A DNA stretch of 63,630 nucleotides, counting the filler, from Octopus bimaculoides (lineage: Eukaryota): assembly GCF_001194135.2 (NCBI RefSeq). It is 7 parts of 6 records of this genome, joined end to end, with 100 filler letters (N's around TTAATTAATTAA, not from the genome) between each part and the next. Parts side by side here need not be neighbours in the genome. Positions count along the whole stretch, not along the records: positions 51,821 to 56,103 come from NC_068986.1; positions 56,204 to 57,801 come from NW_026390873.1; positions 57,902 to 61,282 come from NC_068985.1; positions 61,383 to 63,630 come from NW_026358626.1; 3 more parts are not named here. One strand, written 5' to 3'. A model generated the notes under the pieces. It searched no databases and had not been told where the DNA came from. It was given only the letters and a program-made list of their open reading frames with translations. Shown here one piece after another: positions 53,146-63,630 of the stretch (its first letter is position 1; every line of letters starts with the position of its first letter). The position numbers were made by a program, and so were the translations under genes.

Positions 53146-53359
53146 GTTCAGTAGTTTTATTTTTATAACGTGCTTTCACTTCACTACCGAGCGCAGCTCT
53201 GTGTGCCTTGGGTATGTGCTGTGGTTTGCTGTGATGCTCTTATGTTTACTGTATTGAAAGTGTTTTGCGTAGGATGTGTGCTGTGCCCAGTAGTGCAATT
53301 TTCTGTATGTTATATATATTTGTAAGTCCTGGTGTTTTTGTTATGTATTTGTCTGAATA

Positions 53360-53362
<3 letters not shown>
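53146..53362 (-). mobile_element. Short R4/Dong-like 3' tail (copy 2) between (TTA)n tracts
   Basis: 5 substitutions (manual count) relative to 1212-1428, with the same boundaries. Confidence 0.8.
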
Positions 53363-53404
<42 letters not shown>

Positions 53405-53405
<1 letters not shown>

Positions 53406-55900
53406 CACACAACAGGTTAGACTGTTGGAAAAGAAAAGAATCCTAACATCAGGTTACAGCAAATAACCTTAGATGCCAAGAGCCCTACTAAGCATCTTAA
53501 CTGTCTCTAACAACACTGTTTTCTGGAGCTGTACTAAACTGTTCTACACCTATTTCCTCTATCCATCTGTTCAGATATTGACCCATAACTGCTGGGATAT
53601 TGACCCATAACTGCTGGGATACATTTTACCCACACTTTCCATAGTCTCTGTAATTCAGTAGCTAGGTCCTGGTACTTTGCTCTTTTTTTCTATATCTCTT
53701 ATATTAATTTTTTCATCATTTGAGACTGTAAAGTCAATTAACTGGCACTTTATACTCTCTTCATCTTTCTGTTCTCTTTATCTACTACTACTACTACTGA
53801 ACCAGGCTTTCTAGCTCCTATTACTCTATTAGACTGAATGTCAAAGTCTCACAACATCTGGTACTTCTTACTTTCTAGTACTTTACTAGGTTCATGTTCA
53901 TACCATTTACTAGTATGTTCAAATCCTAGCTTTCTGCATAACTACCAGTGGATTAATCTTCCTAGGTTGTCGTGTCTTTTCCTGCATTCTTTGTGTCAGC
54001 ATGCTACATTCACTTACTATATGAGTAACGCTTTCCTCTTTTGATTTGCATAACCTACATTGGGAATCTACTTGATTTTTGTCTATCTTGGCTTTTATCC
54101 AATTAGTCCTTAATGTTTGATCTTGTGCAGCTACTAACAAACTTTCTGTCTCCCTCTTCAGCTTTCCCTTCTGCAGCCATAACCATGTCTCACTACTACT
54201 ATTTGCTGAAATCATCTTTGAGAATCTACCATGCAACGCCTTCTCCTCCTATCAGATAATTTCTGTTCTTTTTTCTAATTTTTAAGTTCGTTTGGTGTTT
54301 TGGTTTCCCTATGTCTTGCTGTGACTCTAGCAGCTTTTAATAGACCGTCTTCACTATTACCTAGATAGGAGTCTATATCTACTCTAGCTAACTCCACACA
54401 GTCTTCCGCTGATATTAACCCTGTCTACCTTCCTTTCTTGGGAGGTATCATCTTGCTACTCCTGCCTTTGGTTGGAGTCCTCCATTCATATTGAATTCTT
54501 TCCTAGTTCTTCTGTCTTACTATGCTAATTCAGTTTTTGTCCAATCTACAAAAGCTGCTGAGTATCTAAGTAATGATGCTGTCCAAGTATTTACAGCCTT
54601 CACCAGATTCAGACCATTTAACTTTGATTTCATTAGCTTCCTCACCCTTCTGATGTAATCCTCAATTTTCGTTTTCATTTCTATAATTAGTACTCTGTCA
54701 GATTCTAATACGCCTAGATAATTACAACTCTCTCCTCTTTTCAATGATTTTAATGTCTGGCCGTTTGGTAATTGGATGCCTTCGCTGTTGACTACCTGTC
54801 TCCTTCTCATGACTACTAATATTGCACACTTATGTATGCCAAATTTCATGCCTATATCTTTGCGGAAGTGTCTTACAGTCTGTATTAAGCAATCTATCTC
54901 TTTTTCATTCTTACTAAAAAAATCTTCAGATTATCCATGTAGAGCAAATGGTTAATTTTTTCATTACTATTTCTGCACTGATACCCTGCCTTTGCCTTCC
55001 TTAATACTAAACTGAGGGAGACCAAACATAGAACAAATATTACAAGGGACAACAAGTCCCCCTGGAAAATACCTCTTTTGATTTCAATTTTCCCTAAGAG
55101 AGTGTCACATGAGTATAGATCCACTTTCCATTTCTTCATGCTAAAGCTAATTAATTCTCTTATGTTGTCTGCTATACTGAATATACTCAAACATTCACTT
55201 ACCCATGAGTGTGGGATCATGTCATAGGCTTTTTAGTAATCTATCCATGCTATTGTTAGATTTTTCTTTCTGACTTTTACTTCATTTAGAACTGTTTTGT
55301 CTATATATAATAGATCATGCGTTCCACTAGCCTTCTTCCTGCAACCTTTTTGTTCTTCTGGTAGTAAATTCTGGTTGTCAAGGTCCTCGTAAATGCTTTC
55401 TGAAAGCATTCCTGTTAACAACTTCCACACTAATGGTAAGCAAGTCATTGGTCTATAGTCGATAGCTGTATTACTCTTCCTCTTATTCTTCATAATGAGT
55501 ATTGTCCTCCCTCTAGTCATCCAATCTCGTATTATTTTTCCATTAAAGCAATCTTGAAGTTGTTTCCTCAGCCTCCCATGTAAACTGCTGAATTTCTTTA
55601 GCCAGTACCTTTGAACTAAATCTGGTTCTGGGCCCTTTCAATTCGGCCTTTTTCCAAACACTTTATTCATTAATGCACTAATTAATCTTAGAACTGGCTG
55701 CTTCTCACTCACTTCCTTTTCCTTCCCTTTCTTTAATCATTCTGCATCTCCATTATGATTGACTGGTTTATCCCAAATATTACTCCAGAACTTTCTAGTT
55801 TCTTGTGCATTAGATTTCCTATCTTCAGTAGTTCGTTCTCTACTATTTATTTGGTTATAAAACCTTCTCTGGTCTGTCTCAAATAATCTATTCTATTGAT
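53405..55900 (-). mobile_element. 5'-truncated, decayed R4/Dong-clade non-LTR retrotransposon (RT + CCHC + restriction-like endonuclease)
   Basis: YRPMTCLPLVWKLLT, WIDY*KAYDMIPHSW, RGIFQGD, HLLYMDNLK, MHGRF..LKRETESLLVAAQDQ, CRLCKSKEESVTHIVSEC, LWDFDIQ, KYQDLA, LQKTVLL; (TAA)n 3' tail at 53365-53404; 22-bp duplication at 53574-53617. Confidence 0.92.
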
Positions 55901-56085
55901 ACTATGAAGCCTTCAGTCGCTGCTTTCAATCTTTCACTCCTTATGTATTGACGGGTTGTTTCTTGAACAACATCAGCGTTTTGACTTCGAAGAGTATATT
56001 ATCCGTGCAGTGACTTGTAACTCCACCGTTCCTCAAGTTGTTTTTACCTGTTCTTTTTTAGTAGCTTATTTGGGTCCTTTTTTTT
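55901..56085 (-). mobile_element. Fragment of a second R4/Dong-like family fused to the 5' end of the long copy
   Basis: ERWSYKSLHG*Y..QETTRQYIRSERLKAATEGFIV corresponds to the post-RT KxLHG..LKxETEGFI region, out of order relative to the adjacent element. Confidence 0.6.
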
Positions 56086-56203
56086 TTTTTTTTTTTTTTT
56101 TTTNNNNNNNNNNNNNNNNNNNNNNNNNNNNNNNNNNNNNNNNNNNNTTAATTAATTAANNNNNNNNNNNNNNNNNNNNNNNNNNNNNNNNNNNNNNNNN
56201 NNN

Positions 56204-57217
56204 GGGATAAAAATCCAAATTTACAGGTAAAAACTCAATCAAATTTAATTTATAAAAAATTAAAATTAAATTAAGTTTCACAGTATATATATAAATATAT
56301 AATTTATATATGAAAATCCACAGTCACATATAGAGAAAATTAATAAGTAAATACACTATAAAGAAGTATAATAAAATACAAAGTAAAAATCATAAAATAA
56401 TAATAATAAAATGACATGTGTTTCAAAACCAAGTTTGCAAATAGAAAATAAAATATAATCAAATCGATTAAATCGATCGAAAATCAATTCTATTCAAAAA
56501 TATAGCTAATCTTCAGGTCAAAATACAACAATAATAAAATGAATGTATATATCAACCAACATTAACAAATGAATATATATAAAAATACTTATTATATCAA
56601 GATAGAAAAATGTTAAACAATATTATTAAAAAGAAATGTAAACTAATTTTATCGAAAATTATGAACGTGACATTATTAACTTTACGTTTATTAGAATATA
56701 AACCAACAGAAATATTAAATGCAAATCTTATCTTCACGAATCTTTTGTTTAAAATACAATTTAAACGAAGTTATAAGTTAAACTAAAATTATAAACATAA
56801 TATAATTAACTTAAATTTAATATAAACTAACAAAAATTAATTTAATTTATATAAATTATTTCGTATGTGTATTTCATGTGCAAGATTCTTGATGTGGATA
56901 ATGCCTCTCCCAAGGTCTAATTATATAAATTAAGTTATATAAAAATAATTATATCACCAATAAATAAAAGAAAAACATTTAACAAAATTATTGAAAAGAA
57001 ATGCAAAACTTTTCTAATTGAATCTTTAGTTTAAATAAAATTTTAAATGTTATACTATTAACTTAACCTTAATTAGAATATTAACTAATACTCAAAGAAA
57101 TTATATATAAAAATACTTATTTATCCAATAAATCAAAAAGAAATATTAGACAATATTATTGGAAATAAATGCAACACTAGTCTCATTGAAGTTTTGCTTT
57201 AAACTAAAATGTTAAAC
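56204..57217. repeat. About 1-kb very AT-rich tract with degenerate ~170-bp internal repeats
   Basis: tatataaaaata(c/a)ttat...caa.attatt.aaa.aaatg.aa recurs near 56575, 56936 and 57104. Confidence 0.55.
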
Positions 57218-57500
57218 TTTGAGCGTGGCCGTTGCCAGTACCTCCTGACTGGCCTTCGTAGGATTTTCAAGCAAGATCGTTGCCAGTGCCCCTGGACTGG
57301 CTCTTGTGCGGGTGGCACATAAAATACACCATTTTGAGCGTGGCCGTTGCCAGTACCGCCTGACTGGCCTTCGTAGGATTTTCGAGCGAGATCGTTGCCA
57401 GTGCCCCTGCACTGGCTCTTGTACGGGTGGCACATAAAATACACCATTTTGAGTGTGGCCGTTGCCAGTACCGCCTGACTGGCCTTCGTAGGATTTTCAA
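57218..57500. repeat. 115-bp tandem repeat, about 2.4 copies, with two GCCAGT-N8-ACTGGC hairpins per unit
   Basis: gag(c/t)gtggcc at 57221, 57336 and 57451 (period 115). Confidence 0.92.
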
Positions 57501-57901
57501 GGCCTTGAAAGTTCCTGGTTTTGTCAATTCTCTTGTCACACCGGTGAAAGTCTTCATCGGCTAATAAGTGGTGGTAGTGCAGTGCAAGCTACACCCACTA
57601 ACAATTATTCATCTGCACAGGTACTTCCTGTACTCCAAATCTTAGTAAAATTATTCAATTGGCTGGTTGGCAGAAACCTAAAAATGCACCTGTAACTTAT
57701 TTCAAAATGTCTGAAACAAATTCAGTAAATGGCAAAAATGACTTGGGAACATCTGGCCCGGCAGGTGTCCCAGTGTATCACAGGCTGGACCCGGTCGTCA
57801 TNNNNNNNNNNNNNNNNNNNNNNNNNNNNNNNNNNNNNNNNNNNNTTAATTAATTAANNNNNNNNNNNNNNNNNNNNNNNNNNNNNNNNNNNNNNNNNNN
57901 N

Positions 57902-57953
<52 letters not shown>

Positions 57954-57955
<2 letters not shown>

Positions 57956-58170
57956 CGAGGGTGTGCTGAAAAGTTCCTGGCTATGGGTAAATGAAAATAC
58001 AGGAGGATCAGTTAGTTATGATTTTATTCAACATATTCCCCTCTCAGATTCACACGCTTATTGCAGTAGTCTTTCAGTTCTTCTAAGCTCTGTAAAAAAA
58101 ATTCCGAAGGTTGGGCCTCCAACCAGGCCTTTCGCGACACCCTTAAGGTCAAGAACCATTAATGCAACTC
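57954..58170. mobile_element. Mariner-like MITE remnant
   Basis: Left end TA-cgagggtgtgctgaaaagttcctggc resembles a mariner TIR; the right end is only a degenerate gtcaagaac. Confidence 0.5.
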
Positions 58171-58546
58171 TCATATTGAATCAATGTAACTGGGTTTCAA
58201 AGCTCAACTATTGAATTACGGGTACAGTACAACAGATGGTTGTCTACCTGCTTTTCATTCACTCAGTTTTCTTTTATAACATACAGGGTGACACGAATTT
58301 ATAGAAAATGATACTTTCCCTGGTTGACATACAAAGGTATCGAACCCGGAACTTTGTGGTTGCGAAGCAAACTTCTTGGACTATCAACCATACTGTGCCG
58401 ACATTTGTGTACGTGCGTGTGTATGTGTGTGTGAGATTGTGTAATTTTTAATTATATATAGTATACACGTTTGAGTGCACACAAACATACAAATACACAT
58501 GCATATAGATATAAACAGAAATGCATTATATAATATGTACATGTAA

Positions 58547-58625
<79 letters not shown>

Positions 58626-58688
58626 CATTTCTATTAGCCACACAGATAGATAGATACATACATACATACATACATACATAATACATAA

Positions 58689-58721
<33 letters not shown>

Positions 58722-58794
58722 GCATGCATGCACGCACACACATACGCTCGCACGCATATACATACATACATACATACATACATACATACATACA

Positions 58795-58825
<31 letters not shown>

Positions 58826-59546
58826 GTAGAGGCACAGAGATATATATTCGTATGCATGCGTGTGTGTATACGCCAATATATGTATATATGCGTATGCCTG
58901 TCTATACATATATAAGTGCATATATATACTCATATTGGTATGTATATATACACATATATCTATCGATACTGATACATACATACATACACACACACAAATG
59001 CGTACACTATATACAGTTAAAAACTCTCACACACACACGTACATACATACATGTACACACACACATACATATATGTATTTATGTATGTATGTTTCTATCT
59101 ATCTATCAATCAATATGTATGTATGTATATATATATANNNNNNNNNNNNNNNNNNNNNNNNNNNNNNNNNNNNNNNNNNNNNNNNNNNNNNNNNNNNNNN
59201 NNNNNNNNNNNNNNNNNNNNNNNNNNNNNNNNNNNNNNNNNNNNNNNNNNNNNNNNNNNNNNNNNNNNNNNNNNNNNNNNNNNNNNNNNNNNNNNNNNNN
59301 NNNNNNNNNNNNNNNNNNNNNNNNNNNNNNNNNNNNNNNNNNNNNNNNNNNNNNNNNNNNNNNNNNNNNNNNNNNNNNNNNNNNNNNNNNNNNNNNNNNN
59401 NNNNNNNNNNNNNNNNNNNNNNNNNNNNNNNNNNNNNNNNNNNNNNNNNNNNNNNNNNNNNNNNNNNNNNNNNNNNNNNNNNNNNNNNNNNNNNNNNNNN
59501 NNNNNNNNNNNNNNNNNNNNNNNNNNNNNNNNNNNNNNNNNNNNNN

Positions 59547-59590
<44 letters not shown>

Positions 59591-59835
59591 TATATAACAT
59601 TTTTAATTGTATGCGGCGTGAGCATTTGTTTGTATTTTTAAGTGTGAACGTAATTGTATGTTTGCGTTCCAATTTTTACACATATGTGCAAATCTACAAT
59701 ATTTCAATTACAAAAGTTACAACAACGGAGTTGGAGATGCATGGAGAATTATAGCGAAGTGACGAAGTGACAAACATGACAATTGATGAAAGCTACGGAG
59801 GAAGTATCTGCAGGCAAAGAACCAGGAACCAGTTA

Positions 59836-59870
59836 AGATTGGATAACAATTTGGTGAAGCTATAAAGTGT
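59836..59870 (+). promoter_or_regulatory. Possible CCAAT (reverse ATTGG) plus TATA-like CTATAAAG upstream of the eh1 exon
   Basis: Short motif matches about 450 bp upstream of ATG 60308; low specificity. Confidence 0.2.
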
Positions 59871-60307
59871 TCGTTGATGGCTGTGAGATGTTCGTAGAAG
59901 TGGTGGGGAGACTGAAAAGACAGTGGATCCGTCGTGGATCATACGCTTGTCCTTACGGCAAAATCAACGGCAACAGTGTCACATCAACTGTGGATAACTT
60001 AGGCTCCAGAAAGAAAAAGAAACTTAAGAAAACTCGTTCATAACGCCTTCGGTGTACATCGTTCTCATCATCATCGTAGTTCTCCTTGTTCCATTCGTTG
60101 TTTTCGGCAACGTCGTCACCGCCATCATTATCAGCGTTGTCCTCATTATTCATTATTATATTCATAATTTTTCGTCTGTATAGCCTCCACCATTATTGCC
60201 CCTAATTTTCAATTTTCCTTGTTGTCATATCGTCTTGGTTGGCGCTTTCGTCAATATTATTTTATTATCGCAAACTCCCCATCCTTGTGGTTGTGTTGTC
60301 ATTGATA

Positions 60308-60878
60308 ATGGATGATAACACGGGAACAGAAGATGTGAGCAATTCTTACACTATCATCGCAACCGGAAGCCCTTGTAATTCCAATTGTTTTTCTAATGGA
60401 TCTAACAAAACCAACTTCGGCAAAAGTATGATGTCGATTAATCGTGGCAAAAGTAACAGTGACATTAATAGAAAAAATACAAGCTTTAACGAGAACTTTA
60501 TGGAAAGTTATAGCACTACCAACAACACTGATGTCATACTAGGTCCAAGCACGAAAGGGGAGCCTATATCATCATCGTCGTCGTCATCGTCGTCATCATT
60601 ATCATCATCATCATCATCGCCATCTTCATTATCATCTTCCCCTGTACCGGCAGCCTCGACATCATCAACAATAACTACAATAACAACAGCCGCGACAGTA
60701 ATGTCAGCAGCGACACGACCATCAAATTTTGATGCTCCATGCACAAAGCAACCTTTTCTGAAATTTTCAATTTCTTCCATTCTAAACCTGCAAGAAGATA
60801 CCAATTGTGAACCACATAATTCAACAGAAGCAATTCGATATAAAGCAGACGATAGCGAGAGAAATTTCAGAAAAGCAG
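60308..60878 (+). CDS. First coding exon of an eh1-motif transcriptional repressor (probably ANTP/NK- or Engrailed-type homeobox)
   Basis: gataATGg start in good context with an in-frame stop upstream at 60203; 190 codons, Asn/Ser/Thr-rich; LKFSISSILN at 60758-60787 fits the eh1 consensus FSIxxIL; canonical donor CAG|GTAAGA at 60878/60879 (phase 1). No homeodomain is visible in the window. Confidence 0.75.
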
Positions 60879-61969
60879 GTAAGATCAAACAACAAACATC
60901 ATTTGTTGCGTCGTTTAATATAATTATAATTGTTAATGTAATTATTGTAATTTTTCTGAATTTTCTGGGAGTTCTATTTCGTGTGGTTGTTGATATTCTT
61001 TATGTATTTATCATGTCAAACTGTTTATTGTTTGTTTTTTTGAGTTTTTTTGAGTTTTCCTGCAATTTCTGAAAGCTTTTCTTTAACTTAAAAACATTTC
61101 AACAAAAATGTACGCAATAAAGCAATAAAAGCTTGAAAATTCATAATTTTGGGGAAAATATGATTTCATCACTAGTTACAGGCTTACTCATACTAAATAT
61201 TCATATCTGAAAAACAAAGACTTCATTTGACAATTACAAAATGTTTCATATTTGAAAAGTTAAAATACATCGACCTTTACATNNNNNNNNNNNNNNNNNN
61301 NNNNNNNNNNNNNNNNNNNNNNNNNNTTAATTAATTAANNNNNNNNNNNNNNNNNNNNNNNNNNNNNNNNNNNNNNNNNNNNTATATATATGTATATATA
61401 TATATACATGTATATATATATATATACATATTGACCGCTAGCTCCAAAAGCTTTTTTATTCTCTCTCTCTCTCTCTGTTTATTTCTTCGTGTTTCTTTCT
61501 GTTGAAGAGCGCAGGCTCGAAACGTAAAAGACTTTCTCACCTTTCTCACTAGTCTGAATATATTGGGCTTACGACAAACACCAGAAGATGGTCGGAGAGT
61601 ACAACTGGCGAAATGTTGTGACACCATCAACTAAGATGAAAACACTCGTCTGAAGATATCGGGCTTATAATAATGACAGTACCTCATCTCAGAAAACTCA
61701 TATAAAAATCCATTTCTACTCTCATACATTTGCCTTCATTTTATAACACTGCTTCCCTAACTCACAATTTCTCCTTCATAATAAAACTTCACTTTCTTCC
61801 CCTGCTATTTTTATTTTATTTTCTAATTCTTATATCTTCCCTCAACAATTCCCCTTCAATTTTTTTCCTTCATATTTCCTCTTTTTCCTTTCATGCGTTT
61901 ATCTTCGTTACACAAGTCTTCTTTCATCTTTACTTCGTCTGCCATTTTACCTCCACGTTTTAAACACCG

Positions 61970-62003
<34 letters not shown>

Positions 62004-62364
62004 TACATGTCTTCTACATCTTGTAACTCTATCTTCACTCGCAGTTTTCAAACATTTTCTAAATCTTCATTATTATTTCGGCATTTCTCCTCCATTTTTT
62101 AAAAATAAATCTGATTCCTTTCAATCGCCATTTCTTTTTCTTTATTTTATATTTCCTTCGCTCGTAAATTCTTCTTTCTTATGCCATATCAAAAGTTGGC
62201 AAAGAATAGCTACAGTGGTACATTTCAACCATTTCCTACCATGTCAAGACTACTTTTAAGCTACTCGAATGAACCTCATAATTATCAAAGAACTGTCTCT
62301 CTATACAGGATTTCCTTGGTTGAGAAGAACGGCAGATATGTTAGTCTGGTATATATCAATGGCG

Positions 62365-62530
62365 CAGGCATGGCCGTGTAATTAGAAACTTACTTCCCAA
62401 CCACATAGTTCCGGGTTCAGTCCCACTGTGTGGCACCTTGAGCAAGTATCTTCTACTATAGCTTCGGGCCGACCAAAGCCTACGGAGTAGACTTGGTAGG
62501 TGGAACGTATGTGTGTGTGTGTATTTGTGC
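62365..62530 (+). mobile_element. SINE family B head in the putative intron
   Basis: ggcgcagg.atggccgtgt...cttcccaaccacatagttccgggttcagtcccactg.gtggcacc. Confidence 0.8.
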
Positions 62531-62569
62531 GTGTATATTTGTAGTGTGGTGTGTTGAATAATGAATCGT

Positions 62570-63600
62570 GGCTAGGAAAGGCAGAGAATTTAGACAAAAC
62601 GAAAGGGAGATATTTAAAAGAATGGCGAAAGATATCGCTAGTCAGTGAAGAGTTACAAAATGGAGAGAGATATTAAATATATGGTGTAAGACAGAAGGAA
62701 AAGAAGGAAATTTTTAAAATGCTGAAAGGTATTGTAGCTCTTCAATAAAGAGTTACAAAACGCAACGAGCATACTGAAAAACATGGTGAGGAAAGACGAA
62801 GTTAGAACAAAAAGAAGAAAATAAAACTGTTGAAAGATACTACAGCTCTTCATTAAAGAGTTACAAACTGAAGGGGAAATACTGAATGAAGAATGAAGAA
62901 CTAAGAATCAAAATATGAAAGAAAACTGTCCACAATTCCATTTTGAGGACGCCATTTTCTTTCATCCAGCTTTCGTTTCGTCTTTCGTCTTCCATCTTTC
63001 TTTCTTTTTATCTCTTCTATTACAAATCTTTCACGAATTTTTCTTTAGTATGTTCCTACCAAGTTATCAACCATTTACAATACAACGTACCACACTACCA
63101 CATAGCCCACAACCCACAGCCTTCCGCCCAATCCAGGTCATAAGAAATACTTAAAAATACTTTAAAATACTATAACTCTTCCCTAAATAGTTACAAAATC
63201 TAGTGGGCTCCACTAAAAAAGGAAAACGTGGCGAGAAAAGGCAGAGAATTTAGAGGAGACGAAAAAGAAATATCTGAGTTACAAAATGGAGGGAGATATT
63301 GAAGAACGTGATGTAAAACAGGAGGAATAAAAAGGAATTTTTAAATGTTGAGAGATATTGTAGCTCTTCACGAAAGAGTTACAAAATGAAGGGAGAATAC
63401 TAAACGAAAACTGAAGAACTAAGAATCAAAATATGAAAGCAAACAGTCCACAATTCCATTTTGAAGACGCCATTTTCTTTCGTCCAGCTTTCGTCTTTCG
63501 TCTTTCGTCTTCCATCTTTCTTTTTATTATCTCTTCTATTACAAATCTTTCACAAATTTGTCTTTGATATGTTCCTTCCTAGTTATCAACCGTTTTACAA
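62570..63600. repeat. Diverged direct duplication of a purine-rich-then-pyrimidine-rich unit
   Basis: gcagagaatttaga at 62581 and 63241; gaagaactaagaatcaaaatatgaaag at 62895 and 63413; shared ccacaattccattttga.gacgccattttctttc. Confidence 0.85.
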
Positions 63601-63630
63601 CACACACACGCAACACCATTCCACGCCGCC

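Noticed and set aside
56204-57217. AT-rich tract as a mitochondrial insertion (NUMT)
   Set aside because: No recognisable mitochondrial protein, tRNA or rRNA motif; internal degenerate repeats explain it better.
57218-57500. CRISPR-like appearance of hairpin repeats (also 5367-5660)
   Set aside because: The inter-repeat sequences are themselves repeated rather than unique spacers, the context is eukaryotic, and there are no cas genes.
60508-60888. Minus-strand 126-aa ORF with poly-Asp
   Set aside because: Shadow of the plus-strand (TCA)n poly-Ser exon, which has the eh1 motif, start context and splice donor.

Overview
Eukaryotic, repeat-dense, gappy draft scaffold. The SINE content, microsatellite density and TTAATTAATTAA gap linkers suggest an octopus (cephalopod) assembly; this is an inference. 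Most ORF-track entries are microsatellite or N-gap artefacts. The only convincing host coding sequence is a first exon near the right end (about 60308-60878, +), a Ser/Thr-rich protein with an eh1 (FSISSIL) Groucho-binding motif, probably a homeobox-type repressor whose remaining exons lie outside the window. The rest is intergenic DNA with tRNA-derived SINEs, LINE relics (R4/Dong-like, RTE-like, CR1/L2-like), DNA-transposon relics (hAT, Tc1/mariner MITEs) and small tandem arrays. Two hidden signals stand out. (1) Three sequence-unrelated type I hammerhead ribozyme motifs with intact catalytic cores (28157-28216 -, 29073-29156 +, 35611-35659 -), plus a 110-bp tandem array of degenerate hammerhead-like units (Penelope/retrozyme-like). 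(2) A set of R4/Dong-like and non-coding elements that all sit in (TAA)n microsatellites. All structures were read by eye and not computed; coordinates of degenerate repeats are approximate.
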